From positions 64,001 to 128,000 of the IMG/VR virus record IMGVR_UViG_3300032116_000013: 64,000 bases of DNA; one strand, written 5' to 3'. The stretch comes from a virus. Made by a program: the position numbers and the translations under genes. Positions 55,054 through 64,000 of this stretch are shown one piece after another (positions within the stretch are counted from its first letter, which is position 1; every line of letters begins with the position of its first letter). The notes beneath the pieces were generated by a model, which was not told the origin of the DNA, did no database searches, and worked only from the letters and a program-made list of their open reading frames with translations.

Positions 55054-57008
55054 GTTTAAGTAAAGTCATAAAATGGATTTTATGTCTGATTGGCGGAATT
55101 CCGCTTCTGCAGACGCTTTCCATCACCTTCACGGGATCGCCTATCCCATTCGGAAAGACTAATTTTCCTCCAAAGGGCTTACAGGATCTAATAAAAACTA
55201 TTAAAGAAAATATTAAGGCTGGTAAAAGTTGGGTAAATGCTCAAAAAGACCATTTCAAAAACCCTATAACTCCTGCGCTAGATGATTTAAGTGCTAGTTT
55301 GCGTAAATGGACTGATAATGGGTTTGAAGGATTTAAAAATTCTCTGCCAGCCCTCTTCACAAATAATAGTTCTATAGTTTCTCAGGCTAGAACTAAATTG
55401 ATGGAAAAAATTGGTAATGCTCAAGGCGCAGCAAACCAAAAATTCCTAGGTTTTTCAATGTCTGAACTGAGTGTTCTAGGCGACACGCTATATGACTCAG
55501 TTCAATCGTTTAAAAATCACACCGATCAACTATCTGGTGTTGCTCCAGAAGATAAAACATTCGTAACAGTTCCAATTTATGGCAATGTTGCGATTTCAGG
55601 GGCTACTGTAAATGTTTCCAGCAGACTCATATTACCGAATACATCCAAAGAAGTGTATCCGTCTGTAGGTGTTGGCGATGTTTTGGTTGTTGGATGGAAA
55701 GAAGCAACTGTTATAGGCAAATTATACAATACTATTTCCACCGGAACGGTCAGCGTAGACGTCTCAGCCAACTCTGTAAAGGTCTTGAGCGACTCAGTTT
55801 CTACTCTAAACCTATCCAATCTATCCATTTATCCTGGTATGCACATTAGAGTTAATGGCGAGCCAAAAAGAGTATCTGAAATTGACCCTGCTGGACAGTT
55901 TTTAGTAGTCGAGACGCCATTCAGATCTTCTGCTCAGTCAGTTGAATTGGGTAAAGAGTATGCCATCTTAACTAATACTCAGTTCCCATCAACGCTTGAG
56001 GCTCAAAAAGATTTAACTGTAAACGTCAAATCAGAATTTATTGCAAGTAGTCTCTGTTTGGATACCTTTATATCTGGAATCGGCGTAGATTTTACGGGTG
56101 TGCTGGCTGTTAATGATAAGGTTTTGTATGACGAGAAAGAATTTTACGTTGTTTCAGTCCAACAAGATAAAATTGAAGTTGATGCGCCGTTAACATTACT
56201 CAATAACAAACCAATTAAAAAGATTATGTCTGAGTCATCCTTCATTAGACTTAACGAAGGAATGAACGTTGATGACATTTTAAGTACATTTGATGCCCTA
56301 GACCAACTTACAGGGAATATGGGTGGAAATTTAACTGAGGATTTGAGTACAAGATATCTTGCTCCAACTGGAGAGGTCAGAGTTGTACAAGCCAGAAACC
56401 CATCAGACGTTACTAAATCGTTGACACAGAGCAAACTTATCAGTAATGTGAATAAACTTGTTAAAGATCTAGTGGAAGATCTACAAGACGACGCAATTAG
56501 ATCATTTACGGATAGTCAACTCGCTGTATATCTAGACGAAAAGACCACTTTGGTTGATGATACTATAAAACAGGTAAACACGATCATAGAAGATGACCTC
56601 AAAGCATTTAATGCCGTTAAGGGTCTATTGAATGGTCTATTGAAAATGTTCAATATCTCTTGCTCTAAGAAGAAATCCTCGACTGGAAATACAACCTCAG
56701 ACGACTATCTAGACCTCATATTGGCTCCAGATCCAAAAACACACCCAGATGGTTGCGCCGCCACAAAGAGCAATTTAATCCAGACTTTTGACCAGATAGA
56801 TGCCGATTTTAAGACTCCAGATATTCCAGATCGCGAGTTTGAGCCATTCGTAGACGATGGCGGTGGAAGAACAGTCGAAAATGACGATCCATACCCAGAC
56901 TTTGAAGAAGAACAAGAAAGATCAACTGGAAATGATGGCGATATTATTATCGGTCCAGAGCCAACTGATCCTCCTGAAGTCGTTGATCCTTGCGCGAAAC
57001 CTTGCTAA
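55029..57008 (+). CDS. Large virion-associated protein; true start unclear
   Basis: Frame open from 55029, first canonical start TTG 55299. Confidence 0.65.
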   Translation, partial: DRGERAFLSLSKVIKWILCLIGGIPLLQTLSITFTGSPIPFGKTNFPPKGLQDLIKTIKENIKAGKSWVNAQKDHFKNPITPALDDLSASLRKWTDNGFEGFKNSLPALFTNNSSIVSQARTKLMEKIGNAQGAANQKFLGFSMSELSVLGDTLYDSVQSFKNHTDQLSGVAPEDKTFVTVPIYGNVAISGATVNVSSRLILPNTSKEVYPSVGVGDVLVVGWKEATVIGKLYNTISTGTVSVDVSANSVKVLSDSVSTLNLSNLSIYPGMHIRVNGEPKRVSEIDPAGQFLVVETPFRSSAQSVELGKEYAILTNTQFPSTLEAQKDLTVNVKSEFIASSLCLDTFISGIGVDFTGVLAVNDKVLYDEKEFYVVSVQQDKIEVDAPLTLLNNKPIKKIMSESSFIRLNEGMNVDDILSTFDALDQLTGNMGGNLTEDLSTRYLAPTGEVRVVQARNPSDVTKSLTQSKLISNVNKLVKDLVEDLQDDAIRSFTDSQLAVYLDEKTTLVDDTIKQVNTIIEDDLKAFNAVKGLLNGLLKMFNISCSKKKSSTGNTTSDDYLDLILAPDPKTHPDGCAATKSNLIQTFDQIDADFKTPDIPDREFEPFVDDGGGRTVENDDPYPDFEEEQERSTGNDGDIIIGPEPTDPPEVVDPCAKPC

Positions 57009-57032
57009 ATACTACGAAAATGGGAATATTAA

Positions 57033-57425
57033 ATGTCGTTAGAAGTTAGAGAGTATAAAGACCTAAATTTGAACTTCCAGGCTCACCCAGTCACAAAAGA
57101 TTTGGTGAAAAGAACTGGCAATTCAGCCATTATAGGTGCAATTAGAAACCTTCTACTCACTAATAGATTTGAAAAACCGTTCCAGCCTAACTATGGGTCA
57201 AGGGTTAGAAGTTTATTATTCGAAGATGTTTCATTTATTATTGCAAATGTACTTAGAACCGAAATAGAAAATACAATAACTAATTATGAACCTCGTGTTA
57301 CCATACAGTCATTAAAAGTTGAGGCTCAGCCTGAAGAAAACAGATATGTTGTTTCTTTGAGTTTCTACACTAATAATTTAGAAGCACCCGTAACTATTAA
57401 TCTATTCCTAGAAAAGGTCCGCTGA
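57033..57425 (+). CDS. gp25: Baseplate wedge gp25
   Basis: YKDLNLNF..HP...IRNLLLT...E.PF.P.YGS...YEPRV. Confidence 0.95.
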   Translation: MSLEVREYKDLNLNFQAHPVTKDLVKRTGNSAIIGAIRNLLLTNRFEKPFQPNYGSRVRSLLFEDVSFIIANVLRTEIENTITNYEPRVTIQSLKVEAQPEENRYVVSLSFYTNNLEAPVTINLFLEKVR

Positions 57426-59494
57426 TGGCAAATACAGACCAAAAACTGGTTATAACAGAGTTAGACTTCTCTGATATTAAGAATAATCTCAAGAACTTTT
57501 TGCGCGATCAGTCAGAATTTACTGACTTTGACTTCGAGGCTGCTGGCATAAATGTGCTATTGGATATTCTAGCATATAATACTCACTACATGTCATATTA
57601 CAACAATATGATTGCTAATGAAATGTTTTTGGATACAGCGGTTCTAAGAGATTCAGTTGTTTCTCACGCTAAACTATTAGGCTATACGCCAGTCTCTAGC
57701 ACAGCAGCCAGAGCAAAAATTGATCTACAGATCACCAGACCAATTAATAATTCAGAAATCTCGCTAACTCTGCCTAAATTCACCAAATTCCAATCTTCTC
57801 CTATTGACTCAATTTCATATACTTTTGTCAATACAGAAGCAACTGTAGGTAAATATGATCCTGCCTGTGGAAGATTTTGTTTCGATGATCTCTACATCAA
57901 ACAAGGTCAGCCACTATCTTATACGTTTGCATTTAATGCAACTAATAATCCTGCTCAAACATTTGAACTTCCTGATACTGGAATAGATACTAGCACTCTA
58001 GAAGTTGTAGTTCAAGAATCTGCAACAAGTTTAAAGTCAGAAAAGTTTACACTGTCAACTGATGCAACTACCGTCACAACTACTTCCCCTGTTTTTTACA
58101 TAGACGAAAGCAGAAATGGAAAGTACAAAATCTATTTCGGCGATAATGTGATAGGTAAAGGATTAACTAATGGAAATTTAGTTACTGCAACTTATCTAAA
58201 GACCAATGGCGCTTCTGCAAACAAAGCCAATGCATTTACTTTGATTGAAAGCGTAAATGGTCTAAGTACGCACATCATTTATCCTTTGGAGGCAGCCAGT
58301 GGTGGTGCATCTCAAGAATCAGTCGATAGAGTTAGAACTATTGCACCAAAAGTTTTCGTATCAGGTAATCGTGGCGTAACTACTGGCGATATTATTTCTC
58401 TCATTAATGCAAAATATCCATATTTTGAATCAGTAAATGTTTGGGGTGGAGAACAAAATGATCCGCCAGTTTATGGTAAAGTATTTGTCGCTGCTAAACC
58501 AACTATTGGATATGAAATAACTGAATCAGAAAAATTAAATGTTATCAACAACATCATTAAACCTCTCTGTGTGGCAACTGTAATTCCAGAGTTTGCTGAT
58601 GTTGACTATAATTTCTTAAATGTTTTCGCAACAGTATACTACGATCCAACAAAAACAACAAGATCTGAAGATGCTATAAAAACTTTAGTTAGAAATGCAA
58701 TTATAACATACAGAAATAATGAATTGAATGATTTTAATAGTAAATTTAAAATCTCAAAGTTACTAAGAAATATTGATGACTGCGAAATTTCTATCGGATA
58801 TAGCGATGCACAATGCACCATTCAAAAGAGAATAGTTCCTCAATTAAATACAGAAAGAAACTACACCTTCAATTTCGGCGTTCCTATTTCAAGAGAAGAT
58901 CCAAAATATAGAATTTTCTCATCTCCAGGATACACTCAATATGATGCACAAGGTGTTCTAAGAACTTGTTTTATTGAAGAAACTCCTGGATCATCTTCTG
59001 GAATTGAAAAAATTTCAATTCTATCATCTACTAAAATTTATGAGTCTAGTCCTTCCATAGTAATATCTGGAGATGGCGTAGGAGCAAATGCTTATCCAGT
59101 ATTAGTAAACGGAAAACTTACATCAGTTGTTGTAGATAATCCTGGAATTAACTATAAATCAGCAACGGCATATTTGTACTATCAAGATGAATTACAAACT
59201 TCTGCAACGTTCTCTGTTTCAGTTCAAGGCAGATATGGTATTTTAAGAAGTTACTATTTTGATGAGAATAATATTAAAACCATATTTAATCCTAAAGTAG
59301 GAACAGTTGATTATTTTGATGGCAAGATAACTTTGTCGCAATTAAATCCAGTTGATGTTTTGGATACATCAAAGGCTTTAACAGTTACTGCTAAACCAGC
59401 AACTAATTATTTTAGTTCATCTAGAAATAGAATTCTAACAATAGATGATACAGATACAGTTTCTATTAACATCGAAGTTCAAGCAATCGAATAA
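57425..59494 (+). CDS. gp6: Baseplate wedge gp6
   Basis: ELDFSDIKNNLK...LLDILAYNTHY...WGGEQNDPPVYGKVF. Confidence 0.95.
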   Translation: MANTDQKLVITELDFSDIKNNLKNFLRDQSEFTDFDFEAAGINVLLDILAYNTHYMSYYNNMIANEMFLDTAVLRDSVVSHAKLLGYTPVSSTAARAKIDLQITRPINNSEISLTLPKFTKFQSSPIDSISYTFVNTEATVGKYDPACGRFCFDDLYIKQGQPLSYTFAFNATNNPAQTFELPDTGIDTSTLEVVVQESATSLKSEKFTLSTDATTVTTTSPVFYIDESRNGKYKIYFGDNVIGKGLTNGNLVTATYLKTNGASANKANAFTLIESVNGLSTHIIYPLEAASGGASQESVDRVRTIAPKVFVSGNRGVTTGDIISLINAKYPYFESVNVWGGEQNDPPVYGKVFVAAKPTIGYEITESEKLNVINNIIKPLCVATVIPEFADVDYNFLNVFATVYYDPTKTTRSEDAIKTLVRNAIITYRNNELNDFNSKFKISKLLRNIDDCEISIGYSDAQCTIQKRIVPQLNTERNYTFNFGVPISREDPKYRIFSSPGYTQYDAQGVLRTCFIEETPGSSSGIEKISILSSTKIYESSPSIVISGDGVGANAYPVLVNGKLTSVVVDNPGINYKSATAYLYYQDELQTSATFSVSVQGRYGILRSYYFDENNIKTIFNPKVGTVDYFDGKITLSQLNPVDVLDTSKALTVTAKPATNYFSSSRNRILTIDDTDTVSINIEVQAIE

Positions 59495-62400
59495 TGTTTG
59501 CAAATAATAATATTACAGCAATTGTTGAGGCTCAACTGCCTGATTTTATCAGAGCAGATCACCCTGAATTCGTGACATTTATAAAGAAATATTATGAGTA
59601 TCTAGAACAGGAAGATAAAGCAGTATATACAAATAGAAATTTGTATGATTATGCTGACTTAGATACTACTAGAGCAGATCTACTAACATATTTTAAACAA
59701 AAAATAATACCAGATTTTCCAGAAAAATCCGAATTATCTAAAGAAAAGATAATTAAATCAGCAAGAGAATTTTATGCTAAAAAAGGAACTGCTGATTCTT
59801 TTAAATTTCTCTTTAGAGTTTTGTATGGTGAGGATATTGATGTCTATTTTCCTAAAGAAGATATTTTAAGAGCCTCAGATGGTAAGTGGAAATTGCCACA
59901 GGCTCTTAGAATTGCACTAACTGATAAAATTACTCTAATCCCTTCTGCGAATGTAAACGTATTTGTATCAACAGCAAATACGGTAAGAGCAAATGGATTT
60001 AATTTAATTAGTTCTGGTGTGGTTGCCAATTCATATATTAGAATTGGCGGTCAAAAGAGAAAAGTTTTGACTGTAAACAGCCTTGGAGATTTCGCTAACA
60101 CTGAAGTCCCATTTATTAACGCTAACTCAGAACCAACTCAAATATTTAATTCTTTTAGTATCTATAAAGTAGAATTAAATGAATATGATTCTTTAGACTT
60201 TAATCTATTAGAAAGAAGATTAGGTGTAGGCGAAACCTCTAAAACCACATGCGTCATAGAAAATGCAGTTAAGACTGTAGATAAAGATACTGGTAGAGAA
60301 TTCGTAGAATTATATGTCTCGAATGTTAAGAAACCATTTACCACAAACGAAAATATTATTGTAAAGTATGTCGACAATGGGACTGAGAAAACATTTAAAT
60401 CTAAAATTGTTTCTCTAATTTCTAACTTGACTCTATCTAGAAATAGATTTGGTCAAGTTCAATCAGGAAAGAGTTATAATATTGGAGACCCAGTTGTTTT
60501 CTATAAGGGATTGAATGAAGATTCTCCTGATGCCGTTTCAGCAGTTGCTACTGTAAAAGAAGTGAGTATCGGTGATATTGAATATGTTACCTTAGTTAAG
60601 GGTGGTTATCTTTTCAGAGATTCTCCTAATTCAATTGTAAACGTAAGTTCAACAACAGGTATTGGCGCTAATGTTTTAATTGATGCTATTTGGGAAACTA
60701 CTGGCAATTCTGAGTTGTTTACATTTAATACTGATGCCTTGTTTTATAAACGCAATACTTTACTGAATGATTCCATTAGCGGATATTCATTCGAAAATGT
60801 TGCAACTGATATTAATTTTACAACTGGTTCTGGACATACTGTAAGTACAGTAAATCTATACAGCACAACATATAATCCAAGTTCTATAGATAATTACTAT
60901 CAGTCATTTGTACTAAAGGTTATTGGTGGTACAGGTGCTGCTGCATCTCCTAATTCTGCAGTAATTTCTAGTTATAATGGAACTACTAAAATAGCAACAT
61001 TAGAATCTCCATTGGGAGTAACACCATCAGGAACTAGTCAACTTAGATTATTTGCTAACGCCAACACTCAAATCGGTAGAGCATTATCATTCGAGACTAT
61101 GAGGCTTGGAACTATCCGTTTTATCACTCTTCCAGAAAGAGGATCATTTTTTAATTCTCCTCCTACATTTGATGCAATATCAGTATATGAGTCAGACTAT
61201 TCTATAGATTCTGGTTTCTTTACTATTCCTTCTGGACAATTTTTAGAATACAACAAAACAAATAAAACTATAAAGTTGAATCCTAATAATCCAAGTTACA
61301 GCACACAAAGCGGATATTATACTGGTGCAAGATTATTCGTTGACGTAGGTAAGACTGCACATTATGCTAATATTATTGATTATGTGGTTCAAGATCCAAA
61401 CTTACCAACTATGACTAAAACATTGTATTTGGACAGACTATTTGACAGTAACATAGACGCAGCGACAATTTTAAACATGACTCTGTTGATAGATTTTAGA
61501 CCAGATGTTAGAGGTACTGGTAAAATTGGCGCAGTTGAAGTTTTGAATCAAGGTTCTAACTATTCATCAACAGATAAAATTCAATTTATCGGAACTGGTT
61601 ATGGTGGAACTGCAACTCCAGTTATACAAAACGGAAAAATAACTGCGGTCAATATAACTAACCGAGGCGAAGGTTATTTTAAACCACCATCAATAACAAT
61701 CACTAATTCTACTGGCGGTCAATCTACTGGATCTGGAGCCACTTTTAATATTTACACGTTGAGCGACGGAGAACTATTTACAGCAACTGTAAACGATATT
61801 GGCGCAATCCAATCTTTCGATATTAAAAATAGAGGATTTGATTATGAATCTAACCCTCAAGTATCATTAAAGATTATTGATATAGCAGTCCAAGGACTAC
61901 TTCCTGACGCAACTATTATGAGCGGAGATAGCGTCTGGCAAGGTCCAGGTTCAACTAATGCTGATGCTATATTCAGTGGAGTAGTTGATGGCGCACACAG
62001 AGATGTATCTAACACTATTATTAGAGTGTTTGACTACAATGGCACTCTGCTGGCTCCAGGAACAATTAAAATCAATACTGCATCGCAAAATATTACAGCG
62101 ACTATTTCTACTGCAACTGAATCTATTTCTTACAAGGGAATAAATGAAGCCAAACCTAGAGCATATCCATACATTTATGGTAATGGTAAGGCTAAAGCCA
62201 ATGCAGAATTTTTAAGTGGATTGATCAAATACAATGGATTCTATTTGAATACTGATGGACATATAAGTTCAGATAAAAAAATACAAAACAAAGACTATTA
62301 TCACAATTACTCATATGAAATTCAGTCTGAAGTTCCTCTATCAGATTATAAAGAAACAATGTACAGAGTAGCACACCCCGCTGGTATGCAACTACTCTCA

Positions 62401-62940
62401 AAATACTTGATTAAAGGTGATTTGAATGAAACAATCAGAGTCGCAACCTCAAACGTCTTTACAGTTAACACCAATGCATCCACAAACGCTAACACAAGTT
62501 TTGCTAGCAATGTCGTATATGGTAATGGTTCCAACTGGCTCACCACAGTCAATGTTGGTGATATTCTAATCATAAATAGTGGTGCCCAATATGATGGATT
62601 AAAGTATTCTAGAGTCGTTTCGCAAATTATTAATAACGATGAACTTCGCCTAGAATCTCCTATTGGTGGAGTCGGTGATGGAAGAATTTCAACAAATACT
62701 GGTTCTGCGGTTGGTCAATTGATTAACAACACATATCCTATAAACACAATATTGAGTATAAATGACGCTATAAGATTTAACATTGGTGCAACGCAGTTTG
62801 ATAGAACTATCCTTGGAATCGCTCAAAATAATTTAACATTTAATTCAGCAGTTACACAAACTGGAAATGTTGTTTACGCTAAAATACCACAACTAAACGT
62901 AGTAGATTATGAGATTATCTCTTTTAGAGGGGCAGGTTGA
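59494..62940 (+). CDS. gp7: Baseplate wedge initiator gp7-like
   Basis: QLPDFIR...FY.KKGT..SFKFLFRVLY; DYYHNYSYEI...HPAGM. Confidence 0.85.
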   Translation: MFANNNITAIVEAQLPDFIRADHPEFVTFIKKYYEYLEQEDKAVYTNRNLYDYADLDTTRADLLTYFKQKIIPDFPEKSELSKEKIIKSAREFYAKKGTADSFKFLFRVLYGEDIDVYFPKEDILRASDGKWKLPQALRIALTDKITLIPSANVNVFVSTANTVRANGFNLISSGVVANSYIRIGGQKRKVLTVNSLGDFANTEVPFINANSEPTQIFNSFSIYKVELNEYDSLDFNLLERRLGVGETSKTTCVIENAVKTVDKDTGREFVELYVSNVKKPFTTNENIIVKYVDNGTEKTFKSKIVSLISNLTLSRNRFGQVQSGKSYNIGDPVVFYKGLNEDSPDAVSAVATVKEVSIGDIEYVTLVKGGYLFRDSPNSIVNVSSTTGIGANVLIDAIWETTGNSELFTFNTDALFYKRNTLLNDSISGYSFENVATDINFTTGSGHTVSTVNLYSTTYNPSSIDNYYQSFVLKVIGGTGAAASPNSAVISSYNGTTKIATLESPLGVTPSGTSQLRLFANANTQIGRALSFETMRLGTIRFITLPERGSFFNSPPTFDAISVYESDYSIDSGFFTIPSGQFLEYNKTNKTIKLNPNNPSYSTQSGYYTGARLFVDVGKTAHYANIIDYVVQDPNLPTMTKTLYLDRLFDSNIDAATILNMTLLIDFRPDVRGTGKIGAVEVLNQGSNYSSTDKIQFIGTGYGGTATPVIQNGKITAVNITNRGEGYFKPPSITITNSTGGQSTGSGATFNIYTLSDGELFTATVNDIGAIQSFDIKNRGFDYESNPQVSLKIIDIAVQGLLPDATIMSGDSVWQGPGSTNADAIFSGVVDGAHRDVSNTIIRVFDYNGTLLAPGTIKINTASQNITATISTATESISYKGINEAKPRAYPYIYGNGKAKANAEFLSGLIKYNGFYLNTDGHISSDKKIQNKDYYHNYSYEIQSEVPLSDYKETMYRVAHPAGMQLLSKYLIKGDLNETIRVATSNVFTVNTNASTNANTSFASNVVYGNGSNWLTTVNVGDILIINSGAQYDGLKYSRVVSQIINNDELRLESPIGGVGDGRISTNTGSAVGQLINNTYPINTILSINDAIRFNIGATQFDRTILGIAQNNLTFNSAVTQTGNVVYAKIPQLNVVDYEIISFRGAG

Positions 62941-62943
62941 CAA

Positions 62944-64000
62944 ATGGCAGCAATTATAACTAGAGATTTTAACATAAAGTGTGCAGAGAATTTCGAAGAT
63001 TCTGCCGATTCTTTGTATGTACTGTTAGGTAAGGCTAATTCTTGGCCAACAGTTGCTGGAGTCCCAGATTCTCCTGAGGCTCCATATGATACTACAGACT
63101 ACAAAAATACTATTTTTAGAAACGGCTTCATACTCAAAAAGGTATTATCGAGCGACATTCAGGCAGTTATTCCTAGAGTAGACTGGACTTCTGGGACTGT
63201 ATACACACAGTACACTGAAACAGCAAATCTGTATATTAAAGTTTCCGAGACTGCTGTTGCAGGAGGAAATGTTAATGTAAAGACTGGTCTAGCCAATACT
63301 GTAAATGCAAATGCAATTAACTTTTTGACGAGCAATCCAGTTATAAACTCTGGAGATTTTATCAAAATTAAGGGTGAACTGAAGGAAGTTGTGAGAGTTA
63401 ATACTGCAGGCGATTTCATTCAAGTAAATTCCAATTTTGCCATTGCTGCATCACAGGACGTATTGGCTCAAACGATCTATAAAATTGTAAATACTAGTCC
63501 GCAATATGCAAATAAATTCTATGTTAGAAATTCAGAAGATCAAGTCTTTAAGTGTTTATACAATAATAATTCTGCTGTTTCTACTGTAAAACCTGAAATT
63601 ACTATTGGCGGGCAGTTACCAGAAAATCCATTTATCGAAACTAGCGACGGATATAAGTGGAAATACATGTACACAATCCCAACTGGATTGAAAAATAGAT
63701 TCTTCAATTCTAAATATATGCCAGTTATTAATGATAATCTAGTTTTTGCTAATAGAAAGGCTGGTAGAATAGACATTATAGACATAATTTCAGGCGGAAC
63801 TGGATATTTTAATGGTTCTACTCAGAGCAATTACCCTATCGTAACTATTATAGGCGATGGCACAGGCGCAACTGCAACAGTAAATGTCGTTCAAGGTGTA
63901 ATCACTAAAGTTAACATTACAAATGGTGGTCAAGATTATACTTGGGCATCGGTTGTAATCAGCGACAGTATTCAAACGCAAACAGGGACTGCTGCTACTC
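62944..64000 (+). CDS. gp8: Baseplate wedge gp8 (3' end outside window)
   Basis: IPRVDWTSGTVYTQY, QVFKCLYNN, DGYKWKYMYTI. Confidence 0.9.
   Translation, partial: MAAIITRDFNIKCAENFEDSADSLYVLLGKANSWPTVAGVPDSPEAPYDTTDYKNTIFRNGFILKKVLSSDIQAVIPRVDWTSGTVYTQYTETANLYIKVSETAVAGGNVNVKTGLANTVNANAINFLTSNPVINSGDFIKIKGELKEVVRVNTAGDFIQVNSNFAIAASQDVLAQTIYKIVNTSPQYANKFYVRNSEDQVFKCLYNNNSAVSTVKPEITIGGQLPENPFIETSDGYKWKYMYTIPTGLKNRFFNSKYMPVINDNLVFANRKAGRIDIIDIISGGTGYFNGSTQSNYPIVTIIGDGTGATATVNVVQGVITKVNITNGGQDYTWASVVISDSIQTQTGTAAT

Overview
A 64-kb segment of a large T4-like myovirus genome (environmental, non-Tevenvirinae type; a proteobacterial host is suggested but not proven). Left to right: the 3' end of a porin gene; an early hyperplastic region of small ORFs behind sigma70-type promoters that carry a recurring GTAAGT(T/C)ATTGATT element; a tRNA array (28 tRNAs at 10.2-15.8 kb plus a fMet-like tRNA at 26.3 kb, covering all 20 amino acids) interleaved with a hammerhead ribozyme and several structured non-tRNA RNAs; a late fibre module (collagen-like protein plus five tandem paralogues); more early and accessory genes (HNH, glutaredoxin, FkbM, DUF262-HNH, denV, phoH, exonuclease, peroxiredoxin); a circularly permuted two-piece tmRNA; an AT-rich sugar-enzyme island; SleB hydrolase, guaC, gp33, gp59 and gp32; a minus-strand block (tape measure with SLT domain, gp51/gp26-like chaperone pair with a strong candidate -1 frameshift, gp54-like, gp2, gp4); and baseplate genes gp48, gp53, hub, gp5, gp25, gp6, gp7 and gp8 (truncated). 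All family calls come from motifs recognised by eye; no searches were run.
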